A DNA stretch of 64,000 nucleotides, taken from Spirochaetia bacterium. Its GTDB lineage: Bacteria > Spirochaetota > Spirochaetia > DSM-16054 > Sediminispirochaetaceae. A model generated the notes under the pieces. That model was not told the origin of the DNA. It did not search any database and saw only the letters and a program-made list of their open reading frames with translations. Of this stretch, positions 10,115 to 20,057 are shown piece after piece (positions within the stretch are counted from its first letter, which is position 1; every line of letters begins with the position of its first letter). The translations under genes and the position numbers were made by a program. The stretch covers positions 224,001 to 288,000 of the forward strand of contig JAXHMY010000003.1 in the NCBI GenBank assembly GCA_034520965.1, given 5' to 3'.

Positions 10115-11257
10115 ATGGCGATAAAACGGATTATTATACTCGGGGCAACCGGCTCTATTGGTCTTAACAGTTTCGATGTAATCAAGCACTTGGGTTCATC
10201 TTACCAGATAGTCGGAGCCGCCTGTCATACAAATGTAGATAAACTGATCAAACTCGCTGAAGAATTTCAAGTTCCAAACCTGGCGGTCAGTGGTAAAAAA
10301 GTCGACAATGGCCGGATTACTTTTTCCGGCCCCAAGGCAATTCAATCCCTTCTAAAGGAAACCGAAGCGGATATTGTTATAAACGGCATCGCCGGATCAT
10401 CCGGCCTCATGCCCTCCGTATGGAGTCTTCAGCGCGGTTTCGATCTTGCCCTGGCAAATAAAGAAACAATCGTTATGGCCGGACCACTTATTCGCAGTTT
10501 GGCTGCACGAACCGGATCACAAATTCTCCCCGTTGACTCGGAACACTCAGCCATCTTTCAACTTCTGCGCCGTGAAAACCCGGATGAAATAGAAAAAGTG
10601 GTGATAACCGCTTCGGGCGGCCCCTTCCGTAATATTCCCCTCACGGAATTCCCCACACTGACCCTGGAAGATGCCCTTCAGCATCCAACCTGGGATATGG
10701 GAAACAAAATCACTATCGATTCAGCTACAATGGGAAATAAAGGTTTAGAAGTAATTGAGGCTCATCATTTGTTTGACCTAAGCACCGAACAGATTCAGGT
10801 ACTCATACATCCGCAAAGCTGTGTGCACTCACTTATTAAAACTGTTGAAGGCTCATATTACGCACAAATCAGTCATCCGGATATGCGTATTCCAATACAG
10901 AATGCCCTCACCTATCCCCGGCTCACAGCCTCTCCCTTCGGAGAACTGGATTTAACTGATACCGAATTAAGTTTTCAACACCCCGATCCACAGCGATTTC
11001 CTCTTCTTCAGAACGCCTTTCAGGCTATATGCTACGGAGGGGCCTATCCCCTGGCTTATAATGCGGCAAATGAAGTTGCGGTAAAGGCCTTTCAAGAACT
11101 AAAAATACGTTTTATCGATATAGCAGCGGTTGTTGATGCAACCTTGCAAAAGGATTGGTCAGTAACATTTACTGATTTTTCACACATTTTAGAAACCCAC
11201 TCACGGGTATGGACCCACGCAGAAACAGAAGTTCTGCAGCATATGGAGCAAAATTGA
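10115..11257 (+). CDS. dxr: 1-deoxy-D-xylulose 5-phosphate reductoisomerase
   Basis: LGATGSIG, ALANKE, PVDSEHSAIFQ, HPTWDMGNKITIDSAT. Confidence 0.97.
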   Translation: MAIKRIIILGATGSIGLNSFDVIKHLGSSYQIVGAACHTNVDKLIKLAEEFQVPNLAVSGKKVDNGRITFSGPKAIQSLLKETEADIVINGIAGSSGLMPSVWSLQRGFDLALANKETIVMAGPLIRSLAARTGSQILPVDSEHSAIFQLLRRENPDEIEKVVITASGGPFRNIPLTEFPTLTLEDALQHPTWDMGNKITIDSATMGNKGLEVIEAHHLFDLSTEQIQVLIHPQSCVHSLIKTVEGSYYAQISHPDMRIPIQNALTYPRLTASPFGELDLTDTELSFQHPDPQRFPLLQNAFQAICYGGAYPLAYNAANEVAVKAFQELKIRFIDIAAVVDATLQKDWSVTFTDFSHILETHSRVWTHAETEVLQHMEQN

Positions 11258-12621
11258 TGATACTCACTATCATATTAGGAATTATTGGCCTTGGGATTGT
11301 TGTATTCGTACATGAACTTGGGCATTTTGTGGTGGCAAAGGCCTCCGGCATCACCGTTGAGGCGTTTTCCCTCGGCTGGGGAAAAGTTCTCTACCATCGC
11401 ACATGGCGCGGTACCGATTATCGCATAAGCCTGCTGCCGATAGGCGGATACTGTAAAATGAAGGGGGAGGAGCTATTTCGTAAAGCCGTTGCCGATGACG
11501 CAAGCCAAATTCCCCATGAGGAGGGTTCACTGTTTTCTGTTTCCGTGTGGAAACGCATGCTCACCTATGCCGCCGGGCCTTTTTTTAATCTTTTATTTGC
11601 GATTCTGGTATTATCATTAATCTGGTTTAACGGATTCTCCATCAATACCTATGAGAATAAGATTGTACTTCTTTCGGACTACCCCAGCCTCTTCTCCGAC
11701 ACAAGCTACCCAGCCGACCAGGCAGGTTTGCGCACGGGCGATGAAATAGTTTCCATTGACGGGGAGCAGGTTGAAACCTATACCGACATTCAGCAGAAAA
11801 TTGCCCCTTCACCGCGAGAAACTCTATCCATAACAGTTGAACGCAATGACCGACGCATTACCTTAAGTATTACTCCCGAGTTGAACCGCGATACCGGGGC
11901 CGGCCGTATAGGTGTAGCGGCCTGGATAGCACCAATCATCGGACAAGTAAAAGACGGCAGTAGTGCCCAGAATGCAGGACTCCGGGCCGGGGACCGTTTA
12001 GTCGAGGTAAACGGAACTCCAGTGCCCCACTCACTTGCACTTCATGCAGCTATGAGCAATCAATCTTCTAAGCTTGATATTACTTTTCAGCGTAACGGTA
12101 CTAACCGAAGCACTGAATTGATTCCCTTTTACGACGAAAACGGCAATGCCGACCTGGGTATAGCTTTTCGCGGTATTACCCACTCAAGCCCTCAAATGAA
12201 TCCCTTTCAGGCGTTAGCAAGGGGTACCAAGGAAACATTTAGGACATTTGCCCTTACTATCAAAGGAATTGCCCTGCTCTTCTCCGGGGTCGATGTCCAA
12301 AAAGCGGTATCCGGGCCGGTACGCATCACCTATATGGTAGGTGAGATCGCTACGGCAGGCTTCACACAGGGCATTGGAAGCGGCTTTATAAATCTGTTCC
12401 GTTTTTTAAGCTTATTGAGTGTGGCCCTGGCGTTTGGAAATCTGCTGCCGATACCCGCCTTGGATGGAGGTCTGATAGCATTATCGGTGGTTGAAGCGGT
12501 CAAGGGAAGCAGCGTAAAACCTAAGACCTTTTACCGATATCAAACTATAGGATTTGTATTTATTCTCTTAATACTATTCCTAACCACCTTTAGCGACCTC
12601 TCCTATCTTTTTTCTCAGTAA
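11257..12621 (+). CDS. rseP: RIP metalloprotease RseP with two PDZ domains
   Basis: HELGH, GGYCKM, AGPFFN, NLLPIPALDGG. The ATG overlaps the dxr stop. Confidence 0.95.
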   Translation: MILTIILGIIGLGIVVFVHELGHFVVAKASGITVEAFSLGWGKVLYHRTWRGTDYRISLLPIGGYCKMKGEELFRKAVADDASQIPHEEGSLFSVSVWKRMLTYAAGPFFNLLFAILVLSLIWFNGFSINTYENKIVLLSDYPSLFSDTSYPADQAGLRTGDEIVSIDGEQVETYTDIQQKIAPSPRETLSITVERNDRRITLSITPELNRDTGAGRIGVAAWIAPIIGQVKDGSSAQNAGLRAGDRLVEVNGTPVPHSLALHAAMSNQSSKLDITFQRNGTNRSTELIPFYDENGNADLGIAFRGITHSSPQMNPFQALARGTKETFRTFALTIKGIALLFSGVDVQKAVSGPVRITYMVGEIATAGFTQGIGSGFINLFRFLSLLSVALAFGNLLPIPALDGGLIALSVVEAVKGSSVKPKTFYRYQTIGFVFILLILFLTTFSDLSYLFSQ

Positions 12622-12636
12622 AGGAGTATATTAAGC

Positions 12637-13275
12637 ATGAAACGTGATATAGTGTGTCATTGTGGATATACAATGCAGCGGGATCTTCCTGATACTATCG
12701 ACCTATCGGAGGAACCTCAGTTTATTCAGCAGATTCTTGAAGGTGCTTTTATGCAGGTAACATGTGATTCTTGCGGAAAAATACTAAAACCGGAATTTCC
12801 TGTTCACTTTTTAAAGCTAAAAATAGCTGACCAGTTGCTGAATCTTGATTTTATTCCGGAACTTGAACGCAGTCAGTATTTCCTGGATAAAATTGAAACT
12901 ACTGCTCAGCGGGTCGTTATCGGCTACCCGGAACTGCGTGAAAAAATGCTCGTTTCAGCCCACGGTTTAGACGATCGCGCTTTGGAAGTTCTTAAATTTT
13001 TACTGTTAGAAAATGCTCTTGACCACGACTTGAGCGACCATTCCTTCAGCGATCTTTCAATTATACTAAATGCAGTAGAAGAAGATACGCTTAGTTTCTA
13101 TATTTATGGACTCAAGAAAACAGAGGTAGCCGTACCGCGGGTCTCACAGGAACTATACCAAAAAGTAGTTGACGGCTTATCAGCTCGGTTGGACACTGAA
13201 GTGTATGCAGAAATCGTAAGACCACCCTATGTATCAATCAATAAAATTTCAATCGAAGCGGAGGACGATTCGTGA
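12637..13275 (+). CDS. CpXC-like (Cys-pair) domain protein
   Basis: N-terminal CHCG and TCDSCG metal-binding pairs; SD AAGGAG. Confidence 0.7.
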   Translation: MKRDIVCHCGYTMQRDLPDTIDLSEEPQFIQQILEGAFMQVTCDSCGKILKPEFPVHFLKLKIADQLLNLDFIPELERSQYFLDKIETTAQRVVIGYPELREKMLVSAHGLDDRALEVLKFLLLENALDHDLSDHSFSDLSIILNAVEEDTLSFYIYGLKKTEVAVPRVSQELYQKVVDGLSARLDTEVYAEIVRPPYVSINKISIEAEDDS

Positions 13276-15275
13276 AACGTGTATTCATCTTATCACTTGT
13301 GATTATGCTTATCTCAATTTCAGCTGCCTGGACCGACAGCCGGGTTCTTATAAGCACCGGACACACTGAACGCATTAATGAACTAGCCTTTCAAAAATCA
13401 AAGGATACACTTTTCTCAGCCGGCAATGACGGGACCCTGCGCGTGTGGGATATCAACTCAAAAAAGCTTTTATACAAACTCCAAATATCTCATCTTCCAA
13501 TTGAGAAAATTGCGGTACACCCCAGCAAACCTGAAGTTGCACTAGTTAGAACAGACCGTATTAACACCTTTCATTTGAGCGTATGGAACTATAAGACGGG
13601 CAAAGAACTCTACTCTCACAAGATTGAAGAAATTCCGCTCTTCCTCAAATATTCACCCAAAGGAACTTACTTAATTTACAGTCGAACCGACTGGAAAAGC
13701 CTTGTCTTTTTAAGGGCGGACACAGGGCAATTTACTCCGGTTATAGATGAAGGCTTTGGTATTGTCTCAGATGTATTTCTTTCACAATCTGAAAATACAC
13801 TCGTAACCTACAACTCTTCCGGTACTATTCGCTACTGGAATACTGAAACAGGTGAGCAGAAGACTACACCAATTTCAACTATCGCCGACATGAACGAAAT
13901 ACACTTCTCCGGAAACGGCGTATATATGCTCGGACGGAAAGAAAACACCCTTTATTTAGTAAATCTGATAAATGGACAGATTGAAACCCGGAAAAATTTC
14001 GAACGCCTCTATGGATATTCATACAATCCAAGCACAAGTCTAGTTACAACTTATATTACCGAAAACAGCCGTCCCCGCTTCCTCTCTTTTCGTGTTGAAC
14101 AAAATAGCTCTTTACGTCCGGTACAAAGTTCACTCATGGCACCGGATGATATACGCCCTCCCCTGCAATTAATAGGGTCAACCCTGTACTTTTGTAAGCA
14201 GGACGGAAGCATATTAACCCAGTCAGCCTATTCAACTCAACCAGAGACGTTTTCCAGGTCAGTACTTTTGAAAATCTCTGATCTTGGTTTTTCTGAAGAC
14301 AGTATTTATTTGCTAACTGAAAAAAACATTTTATCTTTAAGCTCTAAAGCTTTCACTTCCAAGGGACAGCAAAATGTTGAAAACTCAAACTTTTCCTTTC
14401 TGACCGAGAAGTACCAGAACCCGCTCAACACCGCCGCCGGTATTACAGTTCTCTCTGACAAGCAGTTTTTATTATATCCCGTCGAAGGGCCCTCTAACGA
14501 TCTTTATTTGTTTAATGAAAACCGCTTCCGCAAGCTGAACACTCAACTGAACGGGACGGTACAAGCCGCTGAACGGTACAACGAAGATGTACTCCTGCTC
14601 GAAGAAGGTGGAATATTGAGGATAGTAGATCCAAGGGCGGATGAAGAGCTTTTCAATTATTCATCCTTCGGACTTCAGGGTGCCACCAAGGCCGGTGACG
14701 AAAATATTGTTGTTGCCCGTAATAAAAACGCACTAATTAATACTACCCTGCTTTCAATCAATCCACAAACCAGTGAAACAGTTCCAATACCGGATCGAAA
14801 CCTTCTTACCTTTGTACTCGAATATGATAGTACAACAAGATCGCTGTATTCTCTCGGTTTCGAGGAACGCCGAAATTCTATTCGTACCGTACTCAAAGAG
14901 CATCAGGGACGTAACTATGGTCGGGTAGCAACCTTACTCAGTTATCCCGGAGAGGACAATGAGGCTACCCTGGCGATCGATCCTTCCACATCTCGAGTGT
15001 TTACCTCACTGGGATACGGTGACGTGCACATGTTTACCTGGGACGGTTTCACAACTATGGAGCAGATTGAGCATATACCGCGAAAACTCTTTACCAATGA
15101 CAGCTTGCTCTACTCTTTGAACGGGGATTCTTCGGTATCCGTATGGGATATCAATCGTGGGAATCTGTTGATGACTCTGTATTTGTTTGAAAGTCTCGAC
15201 TGGGCGATTGCCTTCGCCGACGGCAGCTTTTATGGAACCGACGGTGCGGAGCAATGGATACACCAGGCAGATTAA
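13272..15275 (+). CDS. Exported WD40/beta-propeller protein
   Basis: Signal peptide; GHTERINELAF...LFSAGNDGTLRVWD and SLNGDSSVSVWD repeats. Confidence 0.8.
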   Translation: MKRVFILSLVIMLISISAAWTDSRVLISTGHTERINELAFQKSKDTLFSAGNDGTLRVWDINSKKLLYKLQISHLPIEKIAVHPSKPEVALVRTDRINTFHLSVWNYKTGKELYSHKIEEIPLFLKYSPKGTYLIYSRTDWKSLVFLRADTGQFTPVIDEGFGIVSDVFLSQSENTLVTYNSSGTIRYWNTETGEQKTTPISTIADMNEIHFSGNGVYMLGRKENTLYLVNLINGQIETRKNFERLYGYSYNPSTSLVTTYITENSRPRFLSFRVEQNSSLRPVQSSLMAPDDIRPPLQLIGSTLYFCKQDGSILTQSAYSTQPETFSRSVLLKISDLGFSEDSIYLLTEKNILSLSSKAFTSKGQQNVENSNFSFLTEKYQNPLNTAAGITVLSDKQFLLYPVEGPSNDLYLFNENRFRKLNTQLNGTVQAAERYNEDVLLLEEGGILRIVDPRADEELFNYSSFGLQGATKAGDENIVVARNKNALINTTLLSINPQTSETVPIPDRNLLTFVLEYDSTTRSLYSLGFEERRNSIRTVLKEHQGRNYGRVATLLSYPGEDNEATLAIDPSTSRVFTSLGYGDVHMFTWDGFTTMEQIEHIPRKLFTNDSLLYSLNGDSSVSVWDINRGNLLMTLYLFESLDWAIAFADGSFYGTDGAEQWIHQAD

Positions 15276-15321
15276 GCCTTTCTGAGCCTGACTGCATGCT
15301 TTAGGAATGCAAAAGGGGTTC

Positions 15322-15344
15322 AAAAAAATGGGCGCTGCTCGCCC
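15322..15344 (-). terminator. Intrinsic terminator of the rpsF-dnaB-comFB operon
   Basis: Minus strand GGGCG-AGCAG-CGCCC followed by ATTTTTTT, directly after the stop codon. Confidence 0.55.
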
Positions 15345-15641
15345 CTAACCGTGGGAGGGGTTTTTTGCAACCTTCTTAATCGACTCTTCTACCTTGTCTT
15401 TGACCTTCACCCCATAATCGGTACCCTGAAGCGAATGCGCATAAAGGGTTCCCATTAATGAGACTCGGTACATCGGCGGTAAATTGTTAAGGGATAAAGC
15501 GGCCATATCAAGTACACACTCTTCACATTTACAAATATCTGCTGCCCATTCCTGCTCCAACTGATGCTCAAGCTCGGCAAGTACCATTCGTTCTGTTTCA
15601 TTCACCAGGTATTCAAAATTATAGTTTTCTTCAATACTCAT
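15345..15641 (-). CDS. ComFB family protein
   Basis: LVNETERMV...ICKCEECVLDMAALSLNNLPPMYRV signature. Confidence 0.85.
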   Translation of the reverse strand: MSIEENYNFEYLVNETERMVLAELEHQLEQEWAADICKCEECVLDMAALSLNNLPPMYRVSLMGTLYAHSLQGTDYGVKVKDKVEESIKKVAKNPSHG

Positions 15642-15671
15642 GTGCGCTTCACTCCTCTATACAGGTATTCT

Positions 15672-17018
15672 CTATGGTTTCTCATGCGAAAAGGACTCAA
15701 ACTTAGTATAACTTGGCAGAAAGGCCAGTTTGACCGTACCAACCGGACCATTTCTCTGCTTTGCCACCACTAGATCGGTTTCCACATTCCCGGCATTTCC
15801 TTCACGGCTGTCACGGCTATCCTCCCGCTCTCTATGCAGGAATAATACCACATCCGCATCTTGTTCGATAGATCCGGATTCCCGTAAATCAGCCAGTGTG
15901 GGAGGTTTACCCTCGGACTGACGCCCAACCTGGGAAAGACAGATAATCGGTATTTGAAGCTCCCGGGCCAAAGATTTAATTGACCGTGAAATTTCAGCCA
16001 CCTGTTCATGCCGAGGAACGTTGGACTTATTCTCCGGCTCTATCAACCCTATATAGTCAATAAACAGGGCCTGTATATCCTCTTTACTTTTCATTCGCCG
16101 TGCCTGGGCACGTAAATCCAATAGTTTTATATTAGGAGTATCATCAATATACATAGGTGCCTCATAGATCCTACCCGCAGCCTCGGTCAAATTATGGAAA
16201 TCCGCCGGACGCAACATACCTGTTCTCAACTTTTCAGAATTTATCCGCGCTTCACTGGACAGAAGCCGCTGCATCAAGGCCATGTCGGCCATCTCAAGGG
16301 TAAAAAAACCGATCGGCACTTTCCCATGAATGGCCATGTTTGCGGCCATAGTAAGGGCTAACGCCGTTTTACCAACCGAAGGACGGGCTCCTATCACAAT
16401 AAACTCTGATTTTTGAAACCCGCTGGTCATATTATCCAGGTCGGAAAAACCGGTCGGAACCCCCGTGTAGCTGTCTTTTGTATGATACAGCCGTTCAATA
16501 GCTTCAATAGTCTCGGCAATAATATCATGAACGCCGCGGTAGGAATCTGTGTGCTGGCTGTCGGTGATTTCAAATATTCGCTGCTCAGCCTCTTCTATAA
16601 GTACCCGTGTTTCTAAACCCTCGTCGTAAGCCTGGGTAAGCAGTCCGCCGGATATCTTTAGAAGCTGACGGCGTACACTGCGGTCTTTTACAATTTTCGC
16701 GTAATAGGCAACGTTTGCGCTGGTAGGAACTTCATCGGTAAGTGCGGAAATGTAGGTTGTTCCACCACAGGCCTCCAGCTCACCGCCCGCACTTAGACGG
16801 TCGGTAAGCGAGATGAGGTCGATAGTTTCACCACGATTAAAAAGATCTATAATCGCTTTAAATATCTTCTGGTGTGAAGCCGTATAGAAATCATCAGTTC
16901 TTAAATAACGCAGAACTGTAGATATGACATCCCCATCAAGCAGAACCGCCCCAATTGTAGCCTTTTCGGCGTCTACATTATGGGGCGGAACTTTTCCCTG
17001 TCGAGAAAGGGAATTCAT
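15672..17018 (-). CDS. dnaB: Replicative DNA helicase
   Basis: PPHNVDAE, GARPSVGKT, IDYIGL, DLRESGSIEQDAD, AKQRNGPVG; no intein. Confidence 0.98.
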   Translation of the reverse strand: MNSLSRQGKVPPHNVDAEKATIGAVLLDGDVISTVLRYLRTDDFYTASHQKIFKAIIDLFNRGETIDLISLTDRLSAGGELEACGGTTYISALTDEVPTSANVAYYAKIVKDRSVRRQLLKISGGLLTQAYDEGLETRVLIEEAEQRIFEITDSQHTDSYRGVHDIIAETIEAIERLYHTKDSYTGVPTGFSDLDNMTSGFQKSEFIVIGARPSVGKTALALTMAANMAIHGKVPIGFFTLEMADMALMQRLLSSEARINSEKLRTGMLRPADFHNLTEAAGRIYEAPMYIDDTPNIKLLDLRAQARRMKSKEDIQALFIDYIGLIEPENKSNVPRHEQVAEISRSIKSLARELQIPIICLSQVGRQSEGKPPTLADLRESGSIEQDADVVLFLHREREDSRDSREGNAGNVETDLVVAKQRNGPVGTVKLAFLPSYTKFESFSHEKP

Positions 17019-17039
17019 AGGGCTGCTCGTTTCAAACTA

Positions 17040-17726
17040 TTACTCTTCTTTTTCTTCTTCCGGCTCAGCCTCTTCAGCAGCCACTACTGCCTCGGCGGCG
17101 GCCTTTTCAGCACTTTTTTCCTCAGCCGCAGTTTCGGCAGATGCCTCGGTTGCAGCAGAGCTTTCAGTGCTATCCCCTGGGGAAGCTTCTTCCTTGGCAG
17201 CACCTTCTGCTTCCGGCTCTTCGGCCTGTTTTTCAGCCTTCTTTTCTTCAGCTGTTTTCTGCGGAGGCTGCTCCATACCGCTCTGACTCACAACCTTCAG
17301 CTTTAATTCAGCCTCGTTATTCTCGTACAGCTTTACAATAACGGGATAGGTGCCTACCATTTTCACAGATTGACTCTTAAAGTCGATTTTCTTTTTCTCG
17401 ACCTCAATTCCCTCTTTCTGCAGCTCTTCCACGATCATTGCACTTGTAACAGAACCAAACAGCTTTCCACCCTGACCGGCATTCATAGTAATTACTACTT
17501 CCTTGCCGTCAAGTCGCTCCTTAAGGCTCAGAGCCTGCTGCCGTTTATCTTCCTTGCGCTTTTCGATAGAAGCCTTTCGGCTTTCAAAATTGGCAATATT
17601 TTCTTTGGTGTAAGGGAACGCTAACTGTTTAGTAAACAGATAGTTCCGTGCATATCCACGAGCTACATCGCAGATATCTCCCTCCTCGCCAAGGTTATAC
17701 ACATCCTCATTCAAAATGATTTTCAT
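17040..17726 (-). CDS. rplI: 50S ribosomal protein L9, with Ala/Glu-rich C-terminal extension
   Basis: True start MKIILNED at 17726 after SD AAGGAGAG; VARGYARNYL, KLFGSVT. Confidence 0.96.
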   Translation of the reverse strand: MKIILNEDVYNLGEEGDICDVARGYARNYLFTKQLAFPYTKENIANFESRKASIEKRKEDKRQQALSLKERLDGKEVVITMNAGQGGKLFGSVTSAMIVEELQKEGIEVEKKKIDFKSQSVKMVGTYPVIVKLYENNEAELKLKVVSQSGMEQPPQKTAEEKKAEKQAEEPEAEGAAKEEASPGDSTESSAATEASAETAAEEKSAEKAAAEAVVAAEEAEPEEEKEE

Positions 17727-17749
17727 TCTTCTCTCCTTACCAGAAAGTT

Positions 17750-18739
17750 TTATGAGCCCTCTGTAGCAGAGTGACCGGCTCGATAGTGGATCCAGTATTC
17801 CGAGAGGCCTAATAAGGGCACTCCAACAATCAATACCAGGTTCAACCTTGGGGTCAATAGTATAATTACTGCGGAAAAAACAACCAATAGCTGTAATAAC
17901 CGCGATACCCCATGTTGCTGGAATAGTGACTTCATTATCCCTATTCCTTGCATCGCATATACACTCAACAGTATCATTCCGTAGTTCCAAAACAGGAACC
18001 CGACTAAAGGTACACCTACCAATACATCCAGTAGTACACCGAACCACGCCCCGATAAAGGGCCATAGCAAATTCTCAGGTACGGTGAAATGTACCAGATT
18101 GTAAGGCATGCTTCCCTTGCTTCTGCTGTAAATTCCATAAGAAAACGCCCAGCAAGCTGAAAGCATTAGAAAGAAGCTGAAAATGTAGTGCCGTATAAAC
18201 ACTTCCGATATCAACGTATAGAAGCTTTCAGCATCCATCGCCGATAACACTTCAACTCCGTTTGCACCAGCCTCATTTCCACCCAAACCGCCCTGCAGGC
18301 TTTCCAGTATCAGCTTGAATTGCTGTTGTAAGAATTCCATCACCTCTTGATTGCCGGAATAAATTCCGACGATAGGTAAACTTACAAGCAACACTGCCGC
18401 AGTGGCGCTAAGCAGCCGGTACAAGATTCTACCGCGCCCCCAAAAAAGCAGCGCGGCCCCTAAAATCAGGGCTGTAGGATATGCCGCCTCCATCATAAAA
18501 AAGAAACGGCGCAACACCTCATCTTCAATTCCGCGGGTCCGAATAAAAACCTGTACTAATATAGCAAATAGCAATATAGTACCGCTATACAGTACGGCTT
18601 CCGGCCCGCGTTTCAAGCCCAGAACAATAAGCGGTACTGTTATAAGAAAAAACAGTACATTAATTTGGTACAAGAGAAATGCCGCTACGGTGAAAATAGC
18701 AATTTCAGTCCACTCTCTCGGTATCGCTCTTAAATCCAT
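17750..18739 (-). CDS. DUF2232/YybS-like membrane protein
   Basis: Multi-TM ORF between rpsR and rplI, the usual position of this family; YAMQGIGI motif. Confidence 0.75.
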   Translation of the reverse strand: MDLRAIPREWTEIAIFTVAAFLLYQINVLFFLITVPLIVLGLKRGPEAVLYSGTILLFAILVQVFIRTRGIEDEVLRRFFFMMEAAYPTALILGAALLFWGRGRILYRLLSATAAVLLVSLPIVGIYSGNQEVMEFLQQQFKLILESLQGGLGGNEAGANGVEVLSAMDAESFYTLISEVFIRHYIFSFFLMLSACWAFSYGIYSRSKGSMPYNLVHFTVPENLLWPFIGAWFGVLLDVLVGVPLVGFLFWNYGMILLSVYAMQGIGIMKSLFQQHGVSRLLQLLVVFSAVIILLTPRLNLVLIVGVPLLGLSEYWIHYRAGHSATEGS

Positions 18740-18745
18740 CCTTAC

Positions 18746-19153
18746 TTACTGTTTTACAAATGGAAGATAAGCCAATACTCGGGCTCTCTTTATCTCCCGT
18801 GACAGAGCACGTTGGTGCTTTGCACAAGTACCGGTTATTCGTCTTGGTAAAATTTTGCCGCGATCGGTAACAAACCTTCGCAGTTGGTCGGGATTTTTAT
18901 AGTCGGCGACTAATCCCTGAGTACAGAAACGACACACCTTTTTCTTGAAAAAGGGGCGCCTGCCGCCGCCACCGCCGCCACCACGATAAGGACGACTGTC
19001 GCGACTATCGCGACTGTCTCTGTTATCCCGGTTATCCCGGTTATCCCGGTTATCTCTTGTATCACGATTGTCGGCGGGTCTTCGTGGATATTCACTTCCG
19101 GAGGGCTTGTTCTCCGTTGGTTTTGTTTCGTTATTTACGCCTTCTTCAGCCAT
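18746..19153 (-). CDS. rpsR: 30S ribosomal protein S18, with low-complexity N-terminal extension
   Basis: [29 protein letters not shown]. Confidence 0.97.
   Translation of the reverse strand: MAEEGVNNETKPTENKPSGSEYPRRPADNRDTRDNRDNRDNRDNRDSRDSRDSRPYRGGGGGGGRRPFFKKKVCRFCTQGLVADYKNPDQLRRFVTDRGKILPRRITGTCAKHQRALSREIKRARVLAYLPFVKQ
18992..19072 (-). repeat. 9-bp tandem repeat encoding nine D-[N/T/S]-R units in S18
   Basis: The plus strand shows (GTTATCCCG)x3 flanked by degenerate copies; protein [27 protein letters not shown]. Confidence 0.9.
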
Positions 19154-19185
19154 TATAGTATCTCCTTCAATTTTTCAAAATGGTC

Positions 19186-19641
19186 CTAGAACGGAATGTC
19201 GTCTTCGAATTGCTCCGGACCGCCGGAAAAATTATTTGAATTTTCGCTAGGTCCGTTCTGTGTAGCAGGACGACTATTGTAAGAGGAAGCGGGGGCTTCA
19301 TTTCGATTGCCGCTGGGCCCACCCAGCAACTGCACATTCTGGGCAGTTATTTCAACCTTACTTCGCTGCTGACCGTCCTTTTCCCAACGGTTCTGACGAA
19401 GCTCACCCTGGACGGCAATTTGCTTTCCCTTAGTTAAATACTGGTGAATTGCTTCACCCTGTCGACCCCACAGCACAATATCAAAGAAATGTGCTTCCTC
19501 TTGCCATTGGTCACCGTTTTTTCGGCTGCGATTAAGAGCAATCGAAAACTTACAGACGGCTGTACCGCCCCCGGTGTATTTGAGCTCAGCATCGCGGGTC
19601 AGTCGTCCAACGAGGGTTACTTGATTTATATCGTTGGCCAT
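19186..19641 (-). CDS. ssb: Single-stranded DNA-binding protein
   Basis: NQVTLVGRLTRDAEL; C-terminal DDIPF. Confidence 0.98.
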   Translation of the reverse strand: MANDINQVTLVGRLTRDAELKYTGGGTAVCKFSIALNRSRKNGDQWQEEAHFFDIVLWGRQGEAIHQYLTKGKQIAVQGELRQNRWEKDGQQRSKVEITAQNVQLLGGPSGNRNEAPASSYNSRPATQNGPSENSNNFSGGPEQFEDDIPF

Positions 19642-19659
19642 ATTAAAAACTCCACTTCA

Positions 19660-19941
19660 CTATTTTTCTTTTTTGATGAGAAGATATTTGAGCAGCGGAT
19701 TGGCAAGCCGTAATTCTTCTTCCATTTTGTAGGCACTCTGCGGATCCATTTCGAATTCATAGTAGACATAGTGCCCTTTCGGTCTCTTTTTTACTTTATA
19801 GGCAAGGTCGCGAATACCAAAATCTTCCTTCTTTCCGATTTTAGCTTCGCCCTTTTTCAAGAGCTCTTCTATCTGTTCTTTACCTGTAGAAGTCTCATCT
19901 TCCTCGGTACCGAGGATTGCAGTGAGTTCGTATTGACGCAT
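19660..19941 (-). CDS. rpsF: 30S ribosomal protein S6
   Basis: MRQYELTAIL, FGIRDLAYKV; first gene of rpsF-ssb-rpsR. Confidence 0.95.
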   Translation of the reverse strand: MRQYELTAILGTEEDETSTGKEQIEELLKKGEAKIGKKEDFGIRDLAYKVKKRPKGHYVYYEFEMDPQSAYKMEEELRLANPLLKYLLIKKEK

Positions 19942-19990
19942 GTGGCCTCCTTACGGACGTTTTGATCCACCCTACGGGCGGATAAAGAGG
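19942..19990 (-). promoter_or_regulatory. S6:S18-type leader RNA upstream of rpsF
   Basis: Minus-strand hairpin ATCCGCCC-GTA-GGGTGGAT, then a CCG motif. The 5' CCTCTTT can pair with SD AAGGAGG. Confidence 0.55.
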
Positions 19991-19997
19991 TGGTCAA

Positions 19998-20026
19998 AAA
20001 CTATCATAAGCACTAATCTGTGTCAA
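19998..20026 (-). promoter_or_regulatory. Sigma70-type promoter of the rpsF operon
   Basis: TTGACA-N17-TAGTTT with TG extension on the minus strand. Confidence 0.6.
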
Positions 20027-20057
20027 GTAACAGAACATTTAGACCGACATACTGTAT

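Noticed and set aside
15672..17018. Intein in DnaB
   Set aside because: Normal length (448 aa) with contiguous motifs.
17727..18065. 113-aa N-terminal extension of L9 in the ORF track
   Set aside because: It overlaps the DUF2232-like gene in another frame; the canonical MKIIL start with SD is at 17726.
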